The notes: generated by a model from the letters alone, not told the origin. Positions 18,253 to 28,518 are shown, counted from the first letter of the stretch. The stretch: 31,163 nt of DNA from an uncultured Neisseria sp. (GCA_964367915.1 CAYIZV010000029.1:1-31163); one strand, 5' to 3'. Numbers and translations are program-made.

Positions 18253-18898
18253 TTTTTTGGAGCAGCATATTATGGATAAAATAACAATAGATCAAATTCA
18301 ACCAGGGGCGCTAGCTCGTAAAATTAAATCTGAATATCCAATGCTTGTCGATAGAAAATGTATGCCTTGGAGTAAAAATACCAAAGACTTTATCTTTAGT
18401 TTGTATCCAGATGTAAACAAAAAATGCCTCAAGACCGCAATTTCATTTTTAACTGACACATCTGCCTATATGTCGTCGTTTATCTTAAACAAGCAACGCT
18501 ATAACTTTGTTAGTCAACAACGTGATGAAATAATAACCCTATATGAACTTCATGAAATGATTGACAAAAAAATCAGATTATCAATATTAGAAAAGCCTAA
18601 AAAGTTCAGAAAAAGGTTAGGTTGCCTATTATTTCCAAAGGTTCAGGTGGCATTAGAATCACCTGAAAATTTATTTGATTTTATTACATATTTGGGATGG
18701 AATAACAATGTTACCAATCTTCAGAATAGTATATCGAAAGAACAAAGCACTAGCGAAATTGCCAAAAACACTCTTAATGCAGCACCAAAGGAAAAACTCA
18801 AACTGCAGAAAGTCACAAAGGATGGTCCGGAAATTAAGATTGTTAGTAAAAAGAAACTACCAAATGCACCAAAAATCACCATAGAAATAGTTGAATAG
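18230..18898 (+). CDS. Possible FinO/ProQ-family RNA-binding protein with a Lys-rich tail (start probably MDKITID at 18272)
   Basis: IKSEYPMLV...AISFLTDTSAYMSSFI resembles the ProQ/FinO N-domain pattern (LaerFP.cF...aLrlYTsSwrYL). Basic KK-rich C-terminus. Confidence 0.4.
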   Translation: MLSFLYDNFLEQHIMDKITIDQIQPGALARKIKSEYPMLVDRKCMPWSKNTKDFIFSLYPDVNKKCLKTAISFLTDTSAYMSSFILNKQRYNFVSQQRDEIITLYELHEMIDKKIRLSILEKPKKFRKRLGCLLFPKVQVALESPENLFDFITYLGWNNNVTNLQNSISKEQSTSEIAKNTLNAAPKEKLKLQKVTKDGPEIKIVSKKKLPNAPKITIEIVE

Positions 18899-18955
18899 TT
18901 TTCAAATCTAGGTATTGTTATAAATTTTATCGTATTTTAACTGAAAGGAAGTCTT

Positions 18956-20302
18956 ATGGAACATTTTAATTTTCTTAATATTTGTGGATTAATTATTGCT
19001 GCGGTGGTAGCAATTATAATTATTGTAATTCTAAAGCTGAGGCGTGTAGTCCCAACAAATATGGTGCATATTGTTCAGTCACGCAAAAAAACTATTTCGT
19101 ATGGTAAAGGCAAAGTGGATGGTAATACCTACTATTTATGGCCAGTATGGTTACCATTTTTAGGCGTTACCGTTACTGAATTTCCTGAGTCAATATTCCA
19201 AGTTACGTTAAAAGATTATAATGCGTATGACCAGAATAGGCTTCCGTTTGTTGTTGATGTAGTAGCTTTTTTCAGAGTAGATAATGCGGAAACCGTAGCA
19301 CAACGAGTTGCTTCATTTACCGAATTAAACCAGCAATTACTAGCCGTGCTCCAAGGCTCAGTACGTAAAATTCTAGCAACAAATAAACTTGAGGAGACGA
19401 TGCAAGCTCGCGCATCGCTTGGATCTGAATTTACAACTGAAGTGAAAGAACAAATTGCAGAATGGGGAGTATTACCTGTTAAGTCCATTGAATTTATGGA
19501 TCTTAAAGATGCGCAGGGTAGCACGGTTATTGCCAATATTATGTCTAAGGAGGAATCTAGAATCCAAATGGAGTCAAGAGTTGCAATAGCGACTAATATG
19601 CAGGAAGCTCAACTCAAAGAAATTGGAGCTCAACGGACCGTTGAAATTCAAAGACAGGATGCTGAACAACAAGTAGGCACTCGAACAGCTGAAAAAGATC
19701 GCGAAGTTGGAATTGCTAAGCAAATTTCTGAACAGCAAATATTAGTGCAAAGTAAGTTAACTACTGAGCACCAAATGGACGTAAATAAAATTCAAAAAGT
19801 AAAACAAGCTGAAATTGATAAAGAAGTTGCAATAGTTGAAGCAAACAAACAACAGCAGCAAATTGTAATTCAAGCTGAGGCAGAGCTTAATGCCGCTAAA
19901 TTTAATGCTGAAGGTATAAAAACAGAAGGCAAAGCTAAAGCAAAAGCTGAACAAGCGATGCTCGAGGCTCCAGTTAATGCTCAAATTTTATTGGCGAAAG
20001 AAATTGGTGAAAACCAAGGATACCAAGAATACCTAGTAAAAATAGAAAGCATTAAAGCAACTGTAGAGGTCGGTATTGAAATGGCTAAATCCATGCAAGG
20101 AGCAGATTTAAAGATTATAGCCAATGCAGGTGATGTGCAAGGAGGAATGAATAAACTCACAGAGATGTTTACCCCTAAAGGTGGTACCAACATTGCCGGG
20201 ATGTTAAGCGCCTTTACGCAAACGGATGCGGGTAAGCAGTTATTTGAAAAATTAGTAAAACCAAGTAATGTCTCTTCCGCGCCAAGCGAGCCTATTTTAT
20301 AA
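18956..20302 (+). CDS. Flotillin/SPFH (band-7) family membrane protein
   Basis: N-terminal TM helix, an SPFH-like core, then a long Ala/Glu/Lys/Gln coiled-coil (EA-repeat-like) region typical of bacterial flotillins (YqiK/FloT-like). Confidence 0.75.
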   Translation: MEHFNFLNICGLIIAAVVAIIIIVILKLRRVVPTNMVHIVQSRKKTISYGKGKVDGNTYYLWPVWLPFLGVTVTEFPESIFQVTLKDYNAYDQNRLPFVVDVVAFFRVDNAETVAQRVASFTELNQQLLAVLQGSVRKILATNKLEETMQARASLGSEFTTEVKEQIAEWGVLPVKSIEFMDLKDAQGSTVIANIMSKEESRIQMESRVAIATNMQEAQLKEIGAQRTVEIQRQDAEQQVGTRTAEKDREVGIAKQISEQQILVQSKLTTEHQMDVNKIQKVKQAEIDKEVAIVEANKQQQQIVIQAEAELNAAKFNAEGIKTEGKAKAKAEQAMLEAPVNAQILLAKEIGENQGYQEYLVKIESIKATVEVGIEMAKSMQGADLKIIANAGDVQGGMNKLTEMFTPKGGTNIAGMLSAFTQTDAGKQLFEKLVKPSNVSSAPSEPIL

Positions 20303-20977
20303 CTTTCCTTTCCAAAGATATTTGAAATTATCAAACATATTTCCAGTATCTTACTACTAGTATATTGACAGGGTAAACTCCACCCTGTTAATATATCCAC
20401 AATATAATTAATGTTATACCCACCCAGAATACTTAAATAAGTAAATCAATACTTATAATTGAATATAAACCTCCTATCGTTACTCCAACATAAACGGAAA
20501 CACCTGCAAACCATAAATCAACAATAAGAAAGTTTTATTATCGCGGGTTAGTCTAGAAAAAATGACGCTCTTACCGTGCCTTAATTACCCAGAACATTAG
20601 AGAATACAAGTCTTAGAATTTGAAGGCATATAGATAAAGCTTAAATTAACGGGGTTTCTAAGGGGTGAGCTCGTCGAACCCCTTATACTAATGCACCGCA
20701 GGTAATTTATTCTATCTGTAAACGGATAATCTGGTATTAACAGCAAGTTGGATATACTATGGCCGCCCTGGCCATAACTTTTATTCCTTGGTGCTTGCCA
20801 CCAAGGCTAGGGTGGTTATCAACATCCAAAGGGTGTTGTACTTTGTAGAGTATGAAATAGTGTGTTGTATGGGGCAGCATTGGAATCTGTTCTATTTAGG
20901 TATTTTACCATTTATTTTGGGATGTACCCTTATTTTCAGCATATTATACCATTAAATTAATGGGAAATACCTACTAC

Positions 20978-21023
20978 AAATCTGTGGAATGCCCAAAATT
21001 TTGGATAAGTTACCCACAGATTT
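20978..21023. repeat. 10-bp inverted repeat AAATCTGTGG/CCACAGATTT spaced 26 bp, immediately 3' of the recombinase gene
   Basis: Read from the sequence. The nearby palindrome CCATTAAATTAATGG lies at 20949-20963. Confidence 0.4.
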
Positions 21024-21051
21024 ATAGTAAAAAGTAAAAGTTAAAACTAGA

Positions 21052-22119
21052 CTAGTTCCTGGTATTAAATTTTCTGTTGGTTTCTTCGAAGCGATGGTCG
21101 TTTGAGGTGTGCTGATAGCGCATTGTAGTTGATATGGAGGAATGTCTTAAATTTTGTTGTACGACTCTCAGATCAATTCCCGCATCGACTTGATGAGTTG
21201 CTGATGTATGCCTCAGCCAATGGGGTGTTACCTTTGAAAAAATGGCTGAATTAACAGGGTCGCTCTCTTTTAATTCAGCAGCTAGTCCACTACAGACAAA
21301 TTTTACTGTTCTATATATAAATTCATCACTTACTTTAGAATAATTGCACATCGAACGCACAATTAAAGCAATTCTTACATCATGTTGTCCAGGGTAATCT
21401 GATAGCCCAAGGAATTTTCTATACCTCAATAACGCTCTGAATAAGGCATCAGTAACAGGAATTCGGCCAGGTTTATCACCTTTACCAACAACGTTAAGCC
21501 ACCAACCAGTTCGACTATATTTGATATCAGACATTACTGCGTTACTAATTTCACTGCGCCTGCAGCCAGTATAATAGAGCAGGGCAAATACCCATCTAAT
21601 TGTTTCATATCTAAATTTTTGAAGGAATGTTTCTTGTGGCATATTTTCAACATGTGTATTAATTAGTAACAGCTGTTTTTTTGATAAGAGCTTATAATTA
21701 GTGGACTGTGTAGGATAATTAAGACGTAATTTGCAGGTTATTGGTGATTTTAGTAAGTAACTGTTATTGTGTAGGTATTTGAATGCAAGGCGTATGATGT
21801 TGTAGTTTCTAATGGCGTTTGGTATTGTTAGTGGTTTATAAAATGGTCGCCAACAGGAGCTTGAGAAGTGATGTCGTTCTCCGCACCAGTCAGGGTCTGG
21901 AGCAATTAAAAAATCAATATATTCAAGAATATCAGTTCTTGAAAGAACTTTCAGATTTAAGTTATTAGTTTTCATCCATAGATAAAACCTATAAATCACA
22001 ACATGATATGAATCGTAAGTATTTCTGCAGTGAATATGTTCGTTTAACCAAAGTATTAGTTGAGCAACGTCAGGATCTTGACTAGTAATTGAAAAGGATT
22101 TTTGAATAGATGCAATCAT
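21052..22119 (-). CDS. int: Tyrosine site-specific recombinase/integrase (phage-integrase/Xer-like catalytic domain)
   Basis: The C-terminal HWLRHTSATHQVDAGIDLRVVQQNLRHSSISTTMRYQH contains the catalytic R...HxxR...Y residues. The N-terminal SAM-like core-binding domain is present. Confidence 0.85.
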   Translation of the reverse strand: MIASIQKSFSITSQDPDVAQLILWLNEHIHCRNTYDSYHVVIYRFYLWMKTNNLNLKVLSRTDILEYIDFLIAPDPDWCGERHHFSSSCWRPFYKPLTIPNAIRNYNIIRLAFKYLHNNSYLLKSPITCKLRLNYPTQSTNYKLLSKKQLLLINTHVENMPQETFLQKFRYETIRWVFALLYYTGCRRSEISNAVMSDIKYSRTGWWLNVVGKGDKPGRIPVTDALFRALLRYRKFLGLSDYPGQHDVRIALIVRSMCNYSKVSDEFIYRTVKFVCSGLAAELKESDPVNSAIFSKVTPHWLRHTSATHQVDAGIDLRVVQQNLRHSSISTTMRYQHTSNDHRFEETNRKFNTRN

Positions 22120-22196
22120 GATTAAACCTTAAACTTAAAAGTTTATCATGTAGTCACAGTATTTTAGTTAAACCAAGCAGAAATAAAGAAATGAGC

Positions 22197-22226
22197 TTGA
22201 CAAAAGAATTCAAGCTATAGTAGAAT
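22197..22226 (+). promoter_or_regulatory. Sigma70-like promoter: TTGACA, 18-bp spacer, TAGAAT
   Basis: Read from the sequence in the int/OMP intergenic region. Points toward the OMP gene about 400 nt downstream. Confidence 0.35.
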
Positions 22227-22637
22227 ATAAAATATCCTCAAAGGAAACTTTATTATATTCTGCGATGTGGCGGATTTTTATAGTATCTACCACACGAGAA
22301 TTACAAAACTCTCACCGGATTATTAACGAGCTTACCACTCAATAATAATCTACTTTACCTTAAACGACAAGGATCAGTACTATGCCAAGTTACGGTCATA
22401 ATTATAACATATCAAATCTAATATGCAACAATTTATCCAATTTCAATCGTAGTTATTTGTTGAATAATGTTCACAGCAGAAATATCTCAAATTCAGACAA
22501 AATTCACTATTATTGTTATAATAGTAAATTTACTATTTTGTTAGTTAGTGGTAAATATTTAACTTCAGCAGCACCCTTCTTGGTAAAATTACTCCCTTAA
22601 GATACATACCATTAGGGATAATAAAATTCACATAACC

Positions 22638-23195
22638 ATGAAAAGACTTTTTAGCATAGTGGCTATTTTTACTACTGGATTAAGTTATGCAGAAGCTAAC
22701 CTATATATAAATGCTGATGTTGGTTACGCTAACATTCAAAATTGGTGGACAGCTGCTCCAGCACTGACTTTAAATGTTGGATATAACTATAATAAGTATT
22801 TTGCATCAGAAGCCGGTATAACTTGGATTAATTCCATCTCAACAAATTACACTGATGTTGGATACAGCGGAAACTATACCCAAGGACAATCATTTGCTGA
22901 TGTTGCTGCTAAAGGTTCACTGCCATTTAGTGATATTTTCAGTGTCTACGCTAAAGCTGGTCTTGGTATTGCCTATTCAACCTCATCAATAGCAATGCAG
23001 CCTGGACTTAGTAGCTCTGATTGGAATGGTGATAGTTCTGGTGTTGGTTTAGGTTTATATATGGCATTAGGTGCTGAATTAAAACTTAGCCAACACTGGG
23101 GAGTAACTTTTGAAGACTACGGAATGATGCCATTTACAGGTAATAATTGGGGAAACATCAATGTCTTTGGTGTTGGTGGAAAATATAACTTTTAG
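22638..23195 (+). CDS. Small outer-membrane beta-barrel protein (OmpW/OmpX/Ail-like porin-family fold)
   Basis: Signal peptide. Alternating aromatic/hydrophobic beta-strand pattern, Gly/Tyr/Asn-rich, C-terminal ...GGKYNF terminal Phe. Confidence 0.65.
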   Translation: MKRLFSIVAIFTTGLSYAEANLYINADVGYANIQNWWTAAPALTLNVGYNYNKYFASEAGITWINSISTNYTDVGYSGNYTQGQSFADVAAKGSLPFSDIFSVYAKAGLGIAYSTSSIAMQPGLSSSDWNGDSSGVGLGLYMALGAELKLSQHWGVTFEDYGMMPFTGNNWGNINVFGVGGKYNF

Positions 23196-23202
23196 GAATA
23201 AT

Positions 23203-23763
23203 ATGAAAAAATTACTTTTACTATCCATGATTGCAGCTAGTAGCGCAGTTATGGCAGAACAAGTTACACAAACTCAACAGGTTGAAGCAATTAATAATTT
23301 TCAGGTAGAGTCTTATCTGGGAACTTGGTATGAAATCGCCCGCTTTCCGATGCATATTGAGCGTGACTGTTTAGCACCAACCACAGTTACATATCAATTT
23401 GATGAGAATAAAAAGCAGCTTAATCTAATCAATCGCTGTCGTCTTGAAGATGGACAATTTACGCAAAATAAAGGTCAAGCATATTTCACAGCAGAATCAA
23501 GCAGCACTGCAAAGTTAAAATTAAGCTACATGCCAGGATGGGCAAGCTGGGTGCCTGTTGCTAAAGCTGATTACTGGGTCATTTATACCGATTATCAGCA
23601 CTATGCTGTTGTTGGCAGCCCTGATCATGAATATCTTTGGTTATTATCGCGCAGTGAAAGCAGCAATCAGCAAGATATTCAAAAATTAATTGATATTGCA
23701 AAAAAATATAATTACCCTGTTAAAAATTTACTTTTCACTACTCCTAGCTTCAATCTGAACTAA
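23203..23763 (+). CDS. blc: Bacterial lipocalin Blc (outer-membrane lipoprotein)
   Basis: NNFQVESYLGTWYEIARFP...YLWLLSR aligns closely with E. coli Blc (NNFDAKRYLGTWYEIARFDHRFERG...YLWILSR). TAGGAA SD before the ATG at 23203. Confidence 0.85.
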   Translation: MKKLLLLSMIAASSAVMAEQVTQTQQVEAINNFQVESYLGTWYEIARFPMHIERDCLAPTTVTYQFDENKKQLNLINRCRLEDGQFTQNKGQAYFTAESSSTAKLKLSYMPGWASWVPVAKADYWVIYTDYQHYAVVGSPDHEYLWLLSRSESSNQQDIQKLIDIAKKYNYPVKNLLFTTPSFNLN

Positions 23764-23769
23764 AAACTA

Positions 23770-23797
23770 AAAAAACCGGTCATAGACCGGTCTTTTT
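23770..23797. terminator. Bidirectional rho-independent terminator AAAAAACCGGTC-ATA-GACCGGTCTTTTT between blc and speA
   Basis: Perfect 7-bp GC stem flanked by A- and T-runs. Confidence 0.6.
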
Positions 23798-25700
23798 ATA
23801 CTAGATAAGTATGTGATTCAAATATGCCTTTAATCTGATTAAATAGATGCAGTTGTTCTGCTTTGGATATTTTTAGTGTGGTCAATGATTTTTTGGCTAA
23901 ATCTAACATTTCAATAATATCATAACCAACATGCTCCAGTGATTTTTTATTGGTAAATCCATCATGAACTGCTTCAAATTCAAAACCACCTTTGCCATCC
24001 AAACAAATATCTAGTGTAGTTACTTGCCCAAACAGATTATGCATATTACCCATAATCTCTTGATAGGCACCGACTAAGAATATCCCTAATAGGTATGGGC
24101 TTTTGGCATTATATTTTGGTAGTTTTAATGACGGTTCATTACCCTGATAATCCATATAATTATTTATTTTACCATCAGAATCACAAGTGATATCTTCAAT
24201 AATTGAACGCATTGTTGGCTCTTCATTTAGTTGAGATAATGGCATTACCGGGAATAACTGTGAAATAGCCCAGCTATCTGGAATTGATTGAAAGAGTGAA
24301 AAATTCGCAATAATTTTTTTAGCCAAATCTTCATCCAATCTATCAAACAGATCACGGTGCGAACGATGCAATGGATTGAGACGCTTGATAATTTCTAATT
24401 TAATATGAGAAAACAACTGCTCTGCAACTGCGCGTTTTTCTAAAGATAAATCCCCTGCTGAAAAGCGGTTATGTAAACTTTCAATAGCTAGAACGCTTGA
24501 GGTATAGATTTCATTAATTGGCAGGCTGTCAACCGAATCCAGCATATTATCCAGTTCCACCAAATCTTCATCATTGGTTTTACCGATATCGGGAACTTCT
24601 TCACCAACTACACTTTCAACTTCAACAATATTAGTCACGAATACAGCGTGATGCGCCGTAGTTGCCCGCCCTGATTCGGTGTAAATCTGAGGTAAAAGCA
24701 AGTCATTTTTCTCAGCAATTTTTTTAACTGTTTCTAAAAGTGTCATTGCATATTCAGATAAGGTATAGTTAGTCGAATTAAAACTACGGGTACGACTCCC
24801 CTCGTAATCAACTGCAAGACCACCACCAGTATCAATAACTTTAAGATTAACGCCAAGCTTGCAAAGCTGAACATAAACTTGAGATAACTCATTGATATAA
24901 TGTTGAATATCATTAACATTAGCAATTTGAGAACCTTGATGACAATGAATCAGATGTAAACAGTCTAATAATTCATTTGCACGCAACAATTTAATGAGTT
25001 CTAAAATCTGAGTAGTGCTCAAACCAAATTTAGATTTTTCACCGCCAGAATGTGACCATTTACCAGCTAAAGTTAGAGCCAAGCGACAACGAACACCAAG
25101 TAAAGGTACAACATCTAACTCTTTGGCTATCTCAATCACATATTGAGCTTCAATCATTTTCTCAATAACAATAGTAATATTTCGCCCTAGTTTACGTGCG
25201 ATCAAAGCCATTTTGATATAGTCGCGATCTTTGTAACCATTACAAACAATCGGTGTTTTATTATTTTTCACTAATGATAATACCGCTAGAAGCTCTGCTT
25301 TACTTCCTGCTTCAAGCCCGTTATTTGCTTTAGCATCAATAATACTTTCAACTACAGCCCGATTTTGATTTACTTTAATTGGATAAATCAAAGTATACTC
25401 TGCAGGATAATGTAATTGTTTACGTGCTTTATTAAAAGCATTGGTAATTCGCTCAACACGATTTTTGACAATATCAGTAAATCGCAAAACTAATGGTGTT
25501 TGTAATTGATATTTGCTGCATGCAGCATCAATAATGTCCACTAATGCCACAGGTATATCTTTAAGATATTTACCACGTCTAACGGTTAATTGACCAGCTT
25601 TATTGATATCAAAATAACTATTTGACCAGCCGTGAACACAATAAAAATCAGCAGATTTTTTATTGTTCCAATTAGTTTCTTTAATTACAGCCATTAGCAA
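23796..25700 (-). CDS. speA: Biosynthetic arginine decarboxylase
   Basis: Along most of its 634 aa it matches E. coli SpeA, for example YPIKVNQ, EAGSKAEL, CNGYKD, GGEKSKFGL and FSLFQS. Confidence 0.9.
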   Translation of the reverse strand: MLMAVIKETNWNNKKSADFYCVHGWSNSYFDINKAGQLTVRRGKYLKDIPVALVDIIDAACSKYQLQTPLVLRFTDIVKNRVERITNAFNKARKQLHYPAEYTLIYPIKVNQNRAVVESIIDAKANNGLEAGSKAELLAVLSLVKNNKTPIVCNGYKDRDYIKMALIARKLGRNITIVIEKMIEAQYVIEIAKELDVVPLLGVRCRLALTLAGKWSHSGGEKSKFGLSTTQILELIKLLRANELLDCLHLIHCHQGSQIANVNDIQHYINELSQVYVQLCKLGVNLKVIDTGGGLAVDYEGSRTRSFNSTNYTLSEYAMTLLETVKKIAEKNDLLLPQIYTESGRATTAHHAVFVTNIVEVESVVGEEVPDIGKTNDEDLVELDNMLDSVDSLPINEIYTSSVLAIESLHNRFSAGDLSLEKRAVAEQLFSHIKLEIIKRLNPLHRSHRDLFDRLDEDLAKKIIANFSLFQSIPDSWAISQLFPVMPLSQLNEEPTMRSIIEDITCDSDGKINNYMDYQGNEPSLKLPKYNAKSPYLLGIFLVGAYQEIMGNMHNLFGQVTTLDICLDGKGGFEFEAVHDGFTNKKSLEHVGYDIIEMLDLAKKSLTTLKISKAEQLHLFNQIKGIFESHTYLV

Positions 25701-27095
25701 TTACCTTTTAATAAAAGAAGTAAGTTTTCTGCGGGAATATATAACAACTCCAGATAGATAAAATAATAGCGGACCGCCAATGAGCTCCAGCTCATAAAGT
25801 ACGATATCACTACGCTTAACTATATCTGCACTAGGTATAATTGTAAGCACAATTGCCATTAACACGGATATAAAGGTTAAAAACGCCATTAACTTCGCCA
25901 TTTTATTGGAGAGAATTGTTTTTATTAACGCGTTATTATGCCTTAACTTAAGATATGCGATTACCATAAATAGGTATGGAATAAAATAAATAATTGTTGC
26001 CATTAAAATTAACACCATATACATAGCATTAACAGTGGGCATAAATTTGGTTACCATAACGATAAATGTAACCATAACCCCTTGAAATATCAATGCATTT
26101 GCTGGAACATAATTTTTATTTATACGCTGTAACCACTCAGGAAGTATCCCCTTTTCAGTACCTTCAAAAAAAGTTATACTTGATGCAATAAGCCACAAAT
26201 TAAGTCCACCAAACTCAACAAAAATCAAAGACACAACCAAAAAGCTTACTACCCAGCCCGACCAGTGCAGTTTAGCAGTTAAAGTATAAAATGAAGCGAC
26301 CAAACCAGTTGTTTGTGTCAATTCATGTGGAGTCATAATAAAATTTATTGCAATTGTTCCCAATATATACAGACTAACTAAAAGAATTCCACCAATAATA
26401 ATGGCTTTGGCAAGATTTTTCTCAGGATTTTTAATTGCACGACCAACAGTTGGAATAATTTCAACGCCGGCTAATGCAAACATTAAAACCGATATGTCAG
26501 AAAGACTACGAAACATATCTCGATGTGGAATAAACTGATCTGGTGTAAAACTAGTTGCGCTATGTCCATAACTGATTACATAATAACATCCGACCAAAAT
26601 AAAAAACAGACCTAAGCGAAAATTAAATAATCCAGAGAGCGTAGTTAGTCTGGAAACGTAGTGAATACCTGAAATATTCAACCAAACAGCAGCCCAAAAG
26701 CACGCGATTACCAAAGGAACAATAACGTGGGAGTTTTCCGCTAAAGAGTGATCACCAATTAGATAAACAACATTAACGGCAATAAAAGTCAACGCCCCCG
26801 GATAGTAAACAACATTATTTACCCAATAAAACCACGCAGCATAAAACCCCGCTCGTTTACCAAGCCCTTTACGCGTCCAGAGAGAGATGCCACCATTTTC
26901 AGGGTAATTCAGTGAGAGCTCTATTACGATCAATGCCAGCGGGACAAAAAAAGCCAACGCCGCAATTAACCATAAGATAATTGCAGCAGGACCAATACTT
27001 CCAGCCACAGGAATCCAACGCATTCCAAGACAGGATGTCATCATCATAAAGACAACTGCTCTTACCCCAATTGTCTTAATTACATTATTAGCCAC
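25701..27095 (-). CDS. APC-superfamily basic amino acid/polyamine antiporter (AdiC/PotE/CadB-like), e.g. arginine:agmatine or putrescine exchanger
   Basis: 12-TM pattern. NPEKNLAKAIIIGGILLVSLYIL resembles the AdiC [23 protein letters not shown] region. Coupled to speA and speB. Confidence 0.7.
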   Translation of the reverse strand: MANNVIKTIGVRAVVFMMMTSCLGMRWIPVAGSIGPAAIILWLIAALAFFVPLALIVIELSLNYPENGGISLWTRKGLGKRAGFYAAWFYWVNNVVYYPGALTFIAVNVVYLIGDHSLAENSHVIVPLVIACFWAAVWLNISGIHYVSRLTTLSGLFNFRLGLFFILVGCYYVISYGHSATSFTPDQFIPHRDMFRSLSDISVLMFALAGVEIIPTVGRAIKNPEKNLAKAIIIGGILLVSLYILGTIAINFIMTPHELTQTTGLVASFYTLTAKLHWSGWVVSFLVVSLIFVEFGGLNLWLIASSITFFEGTEKGILPEWLQRINKNYVPANALIFQGVMVTFIVMVTKFMPTVNAMYMVLILMATIIYFIPYLFMVIAYLKLRHNNALIKTILSNKMAKLMAFLTFISVLMAIVLTIIPSADIVKRSDIVLYELELIGGPLLFYLSGVVIYSRRKLTSFIKR

Positions 27096-28041
27096 GTGAC
27101 TTTTGCTGTGCCAATAAACAAATTACATCGCAAGCGACATGTGCAGCTGCCAAAGCGGTTATTTCAGCATGATCATAACTTGGAGATACTTCAACTACGT
27201 CTGCTCCGATCAAGTTGAGTCCATCCAAATTACGAACTATTGCTAACGCTTGTGCCGAACTTAACCCACCTGGAACTGGAGTACCAGTACCAGGCGCAAA
27301 TGCAGGATCTAAACTGTCAATATCAAAGGTTAAATAAACTGGATTATCACCAACTATTTCTTTAATCTGCGCAACTACTTTTTGCCAACCATTATCATGT
27401 ACGTACTGCGCGTCAAAAATATTAGTTCCCATGAAATCATCATTCCATGTTCGGATTCCGATTTGAGCTGACTTACCTGGATCAATAATACCGTTCTTAA
27501 TCGCCTTATAAAACATTGTACCATGATTCAGCGAATATTCCTCATCATCTGGCCAAGTATCGCAATGTGCATCAAAATGAATTATAGATATTCCTTTACC
27601 ATATTTTTCTGCCATTGCCAATAAAATTGGATAAGTAACATAATGATCTCCACCGAAAGTAAGAGGAAAAACATTCTGTTTGACAATATTACGGATATGA
27701 TCAGTAATTGCATCACGAATGCTTAACGGATTATGTGGATCAAGAAAACAGTCACCGTAGTCAACCACAGCAAGCTGTTCAAATGGATCAAAGCCCCAAG
27801 GATATGGTAATAATTCGGCTAATTGTACCGAAGCTTGTCTAATCGCCCGCGGTCCAAGACGTGCGCCACTACGATAAGTAACTGCCAGATCAAATGGTAT
27901 ACCACTAATAGCAACATCTACGCCAGTTAAATCTTTAGTGTAATTACGACGCATGAAGCTAGTTGCGCCACCATATGTCATTTCAAAATTCGAACCTTTT
28001 AATTCTTTGCGGCTAATTGCTGCATCGACTAGTTGACTCAT
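27088..28041 (-). CDS. speB: Agmatinase (ureohydrolase family)
   Basis: GGDH, DAH.D, DIDxLDPAFAPGTGTP and VVEV.P motifs align with E. coli SpeB. Confidence 0.85.
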   Translation of the reverse strand: MSQLVDAAISRKELKGSNFEMTYGGATSFMRRNYTKDLTGVDVAISGIPFDLAVTYRSGARLGPRAIRQASVQLAELLPYPWGFDPFEQLAVVDYGDCFLDPHNPLSIRDAITDHIRNIVKQNVFPLTFGGDHYVTYPILLAMAEKYGKGISIIHFDAHCDTWPDDEEYSLNHGTMFYKAIKNGIIDPGKSAQIGIRTWNDDFMGTNIFDAQYVHDNGWQKVVAQIKEIVGDNPVYLTFDIDSLDPAFAPGTGTPVPGGLSSAQALAIVRNLDGLNLIGADVVEVSPSYDHAEITALAAAHVACDVICLLAQQKSRG

Positions 28042-28171
28042 GCTTTTTTCCTTTTTATTGAAGAATTATAATAAGTCGTTATTTTATTAATAATTAATAA
28101 CCAACTGTTTGTTGCTTTGCTAACATATTCGTTTAAATTTAATCTTTTAATATACGTAATATCATAGTTTA

Positions 28172-28489
28172 TTAATGTGCAGAAAGTTTGAGACCAATGA
28201 TGCCAAATACTATTAAAGAGACTGAAATAATTCTAAATAGAGTTGCAGGGTCTTTAAACCAGATTATGCCAACAATAAAAGCACCTACTGCACCAATTCC
28301 TGTCCAAATAGCATATGCCGTCCCCATTGGTATCGACTGTTGTGCCAGATACAATAAATAGCCACTAAGCGCCATGGCAGTGATTGCAAATAATGTCCAT
28401 AAATATGGCGATTTACCGCTCGCTAATTTTAGACCAATTGGCCAACCAATTTCGCAAAAGCCTGCTAAAACTAAATAAATCCAACTCAT
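28172..28489 (-). CDS. SMR-family small multidrug/guanidinium exporter (SugE/Gdx-like)
   Basis: 105 aa, 4 TM helices. The conserved N-terminal GFCEIGWPIGLK includes the membrane-embedded Glu. AGGAG SD. Confidence 0.75.
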   Translation of the reverse strand: MSWIYLVLAGFCEIGWPIGLKLASGKSPYLWTLFAITAMALSGYLLYLAQQSIPMGTAYAIWTGIGAVGAFIVGIIWFKDPATLFRIISVSLIVFGIIGLKLSAH

Positions 28490-28518
28490 TTTTAATAACT
28501 CCTCTTTTTTTATCTATG

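Larger units (their letters stand above)
1..22119. mobile_element. Segment of a putative conjugative plasmid or ICE: backbone and accessory genes from the T4CP to the tyrosine recombinase. The left end lies beyond the window.
   Basis: Co-occurrence of a type IV coupling protein, ParMR partition, IHF-like protein, orphan MTase, ORF6N, FinO-like protein and integrase. Content switches to housekeeping genes (speA/speB/blc) right of 22.6 kb. Confidence 0.45.

Noticed and set aside
20600-20830. tRNA or tmRNA integration target next to the integrase
   Set aside because: The hairpins have 4-5-nt or 11-nt loops and no GTTCRANYC T-loop, acceptor/CCA geometry or 7-nt anticodon loop on either strand.
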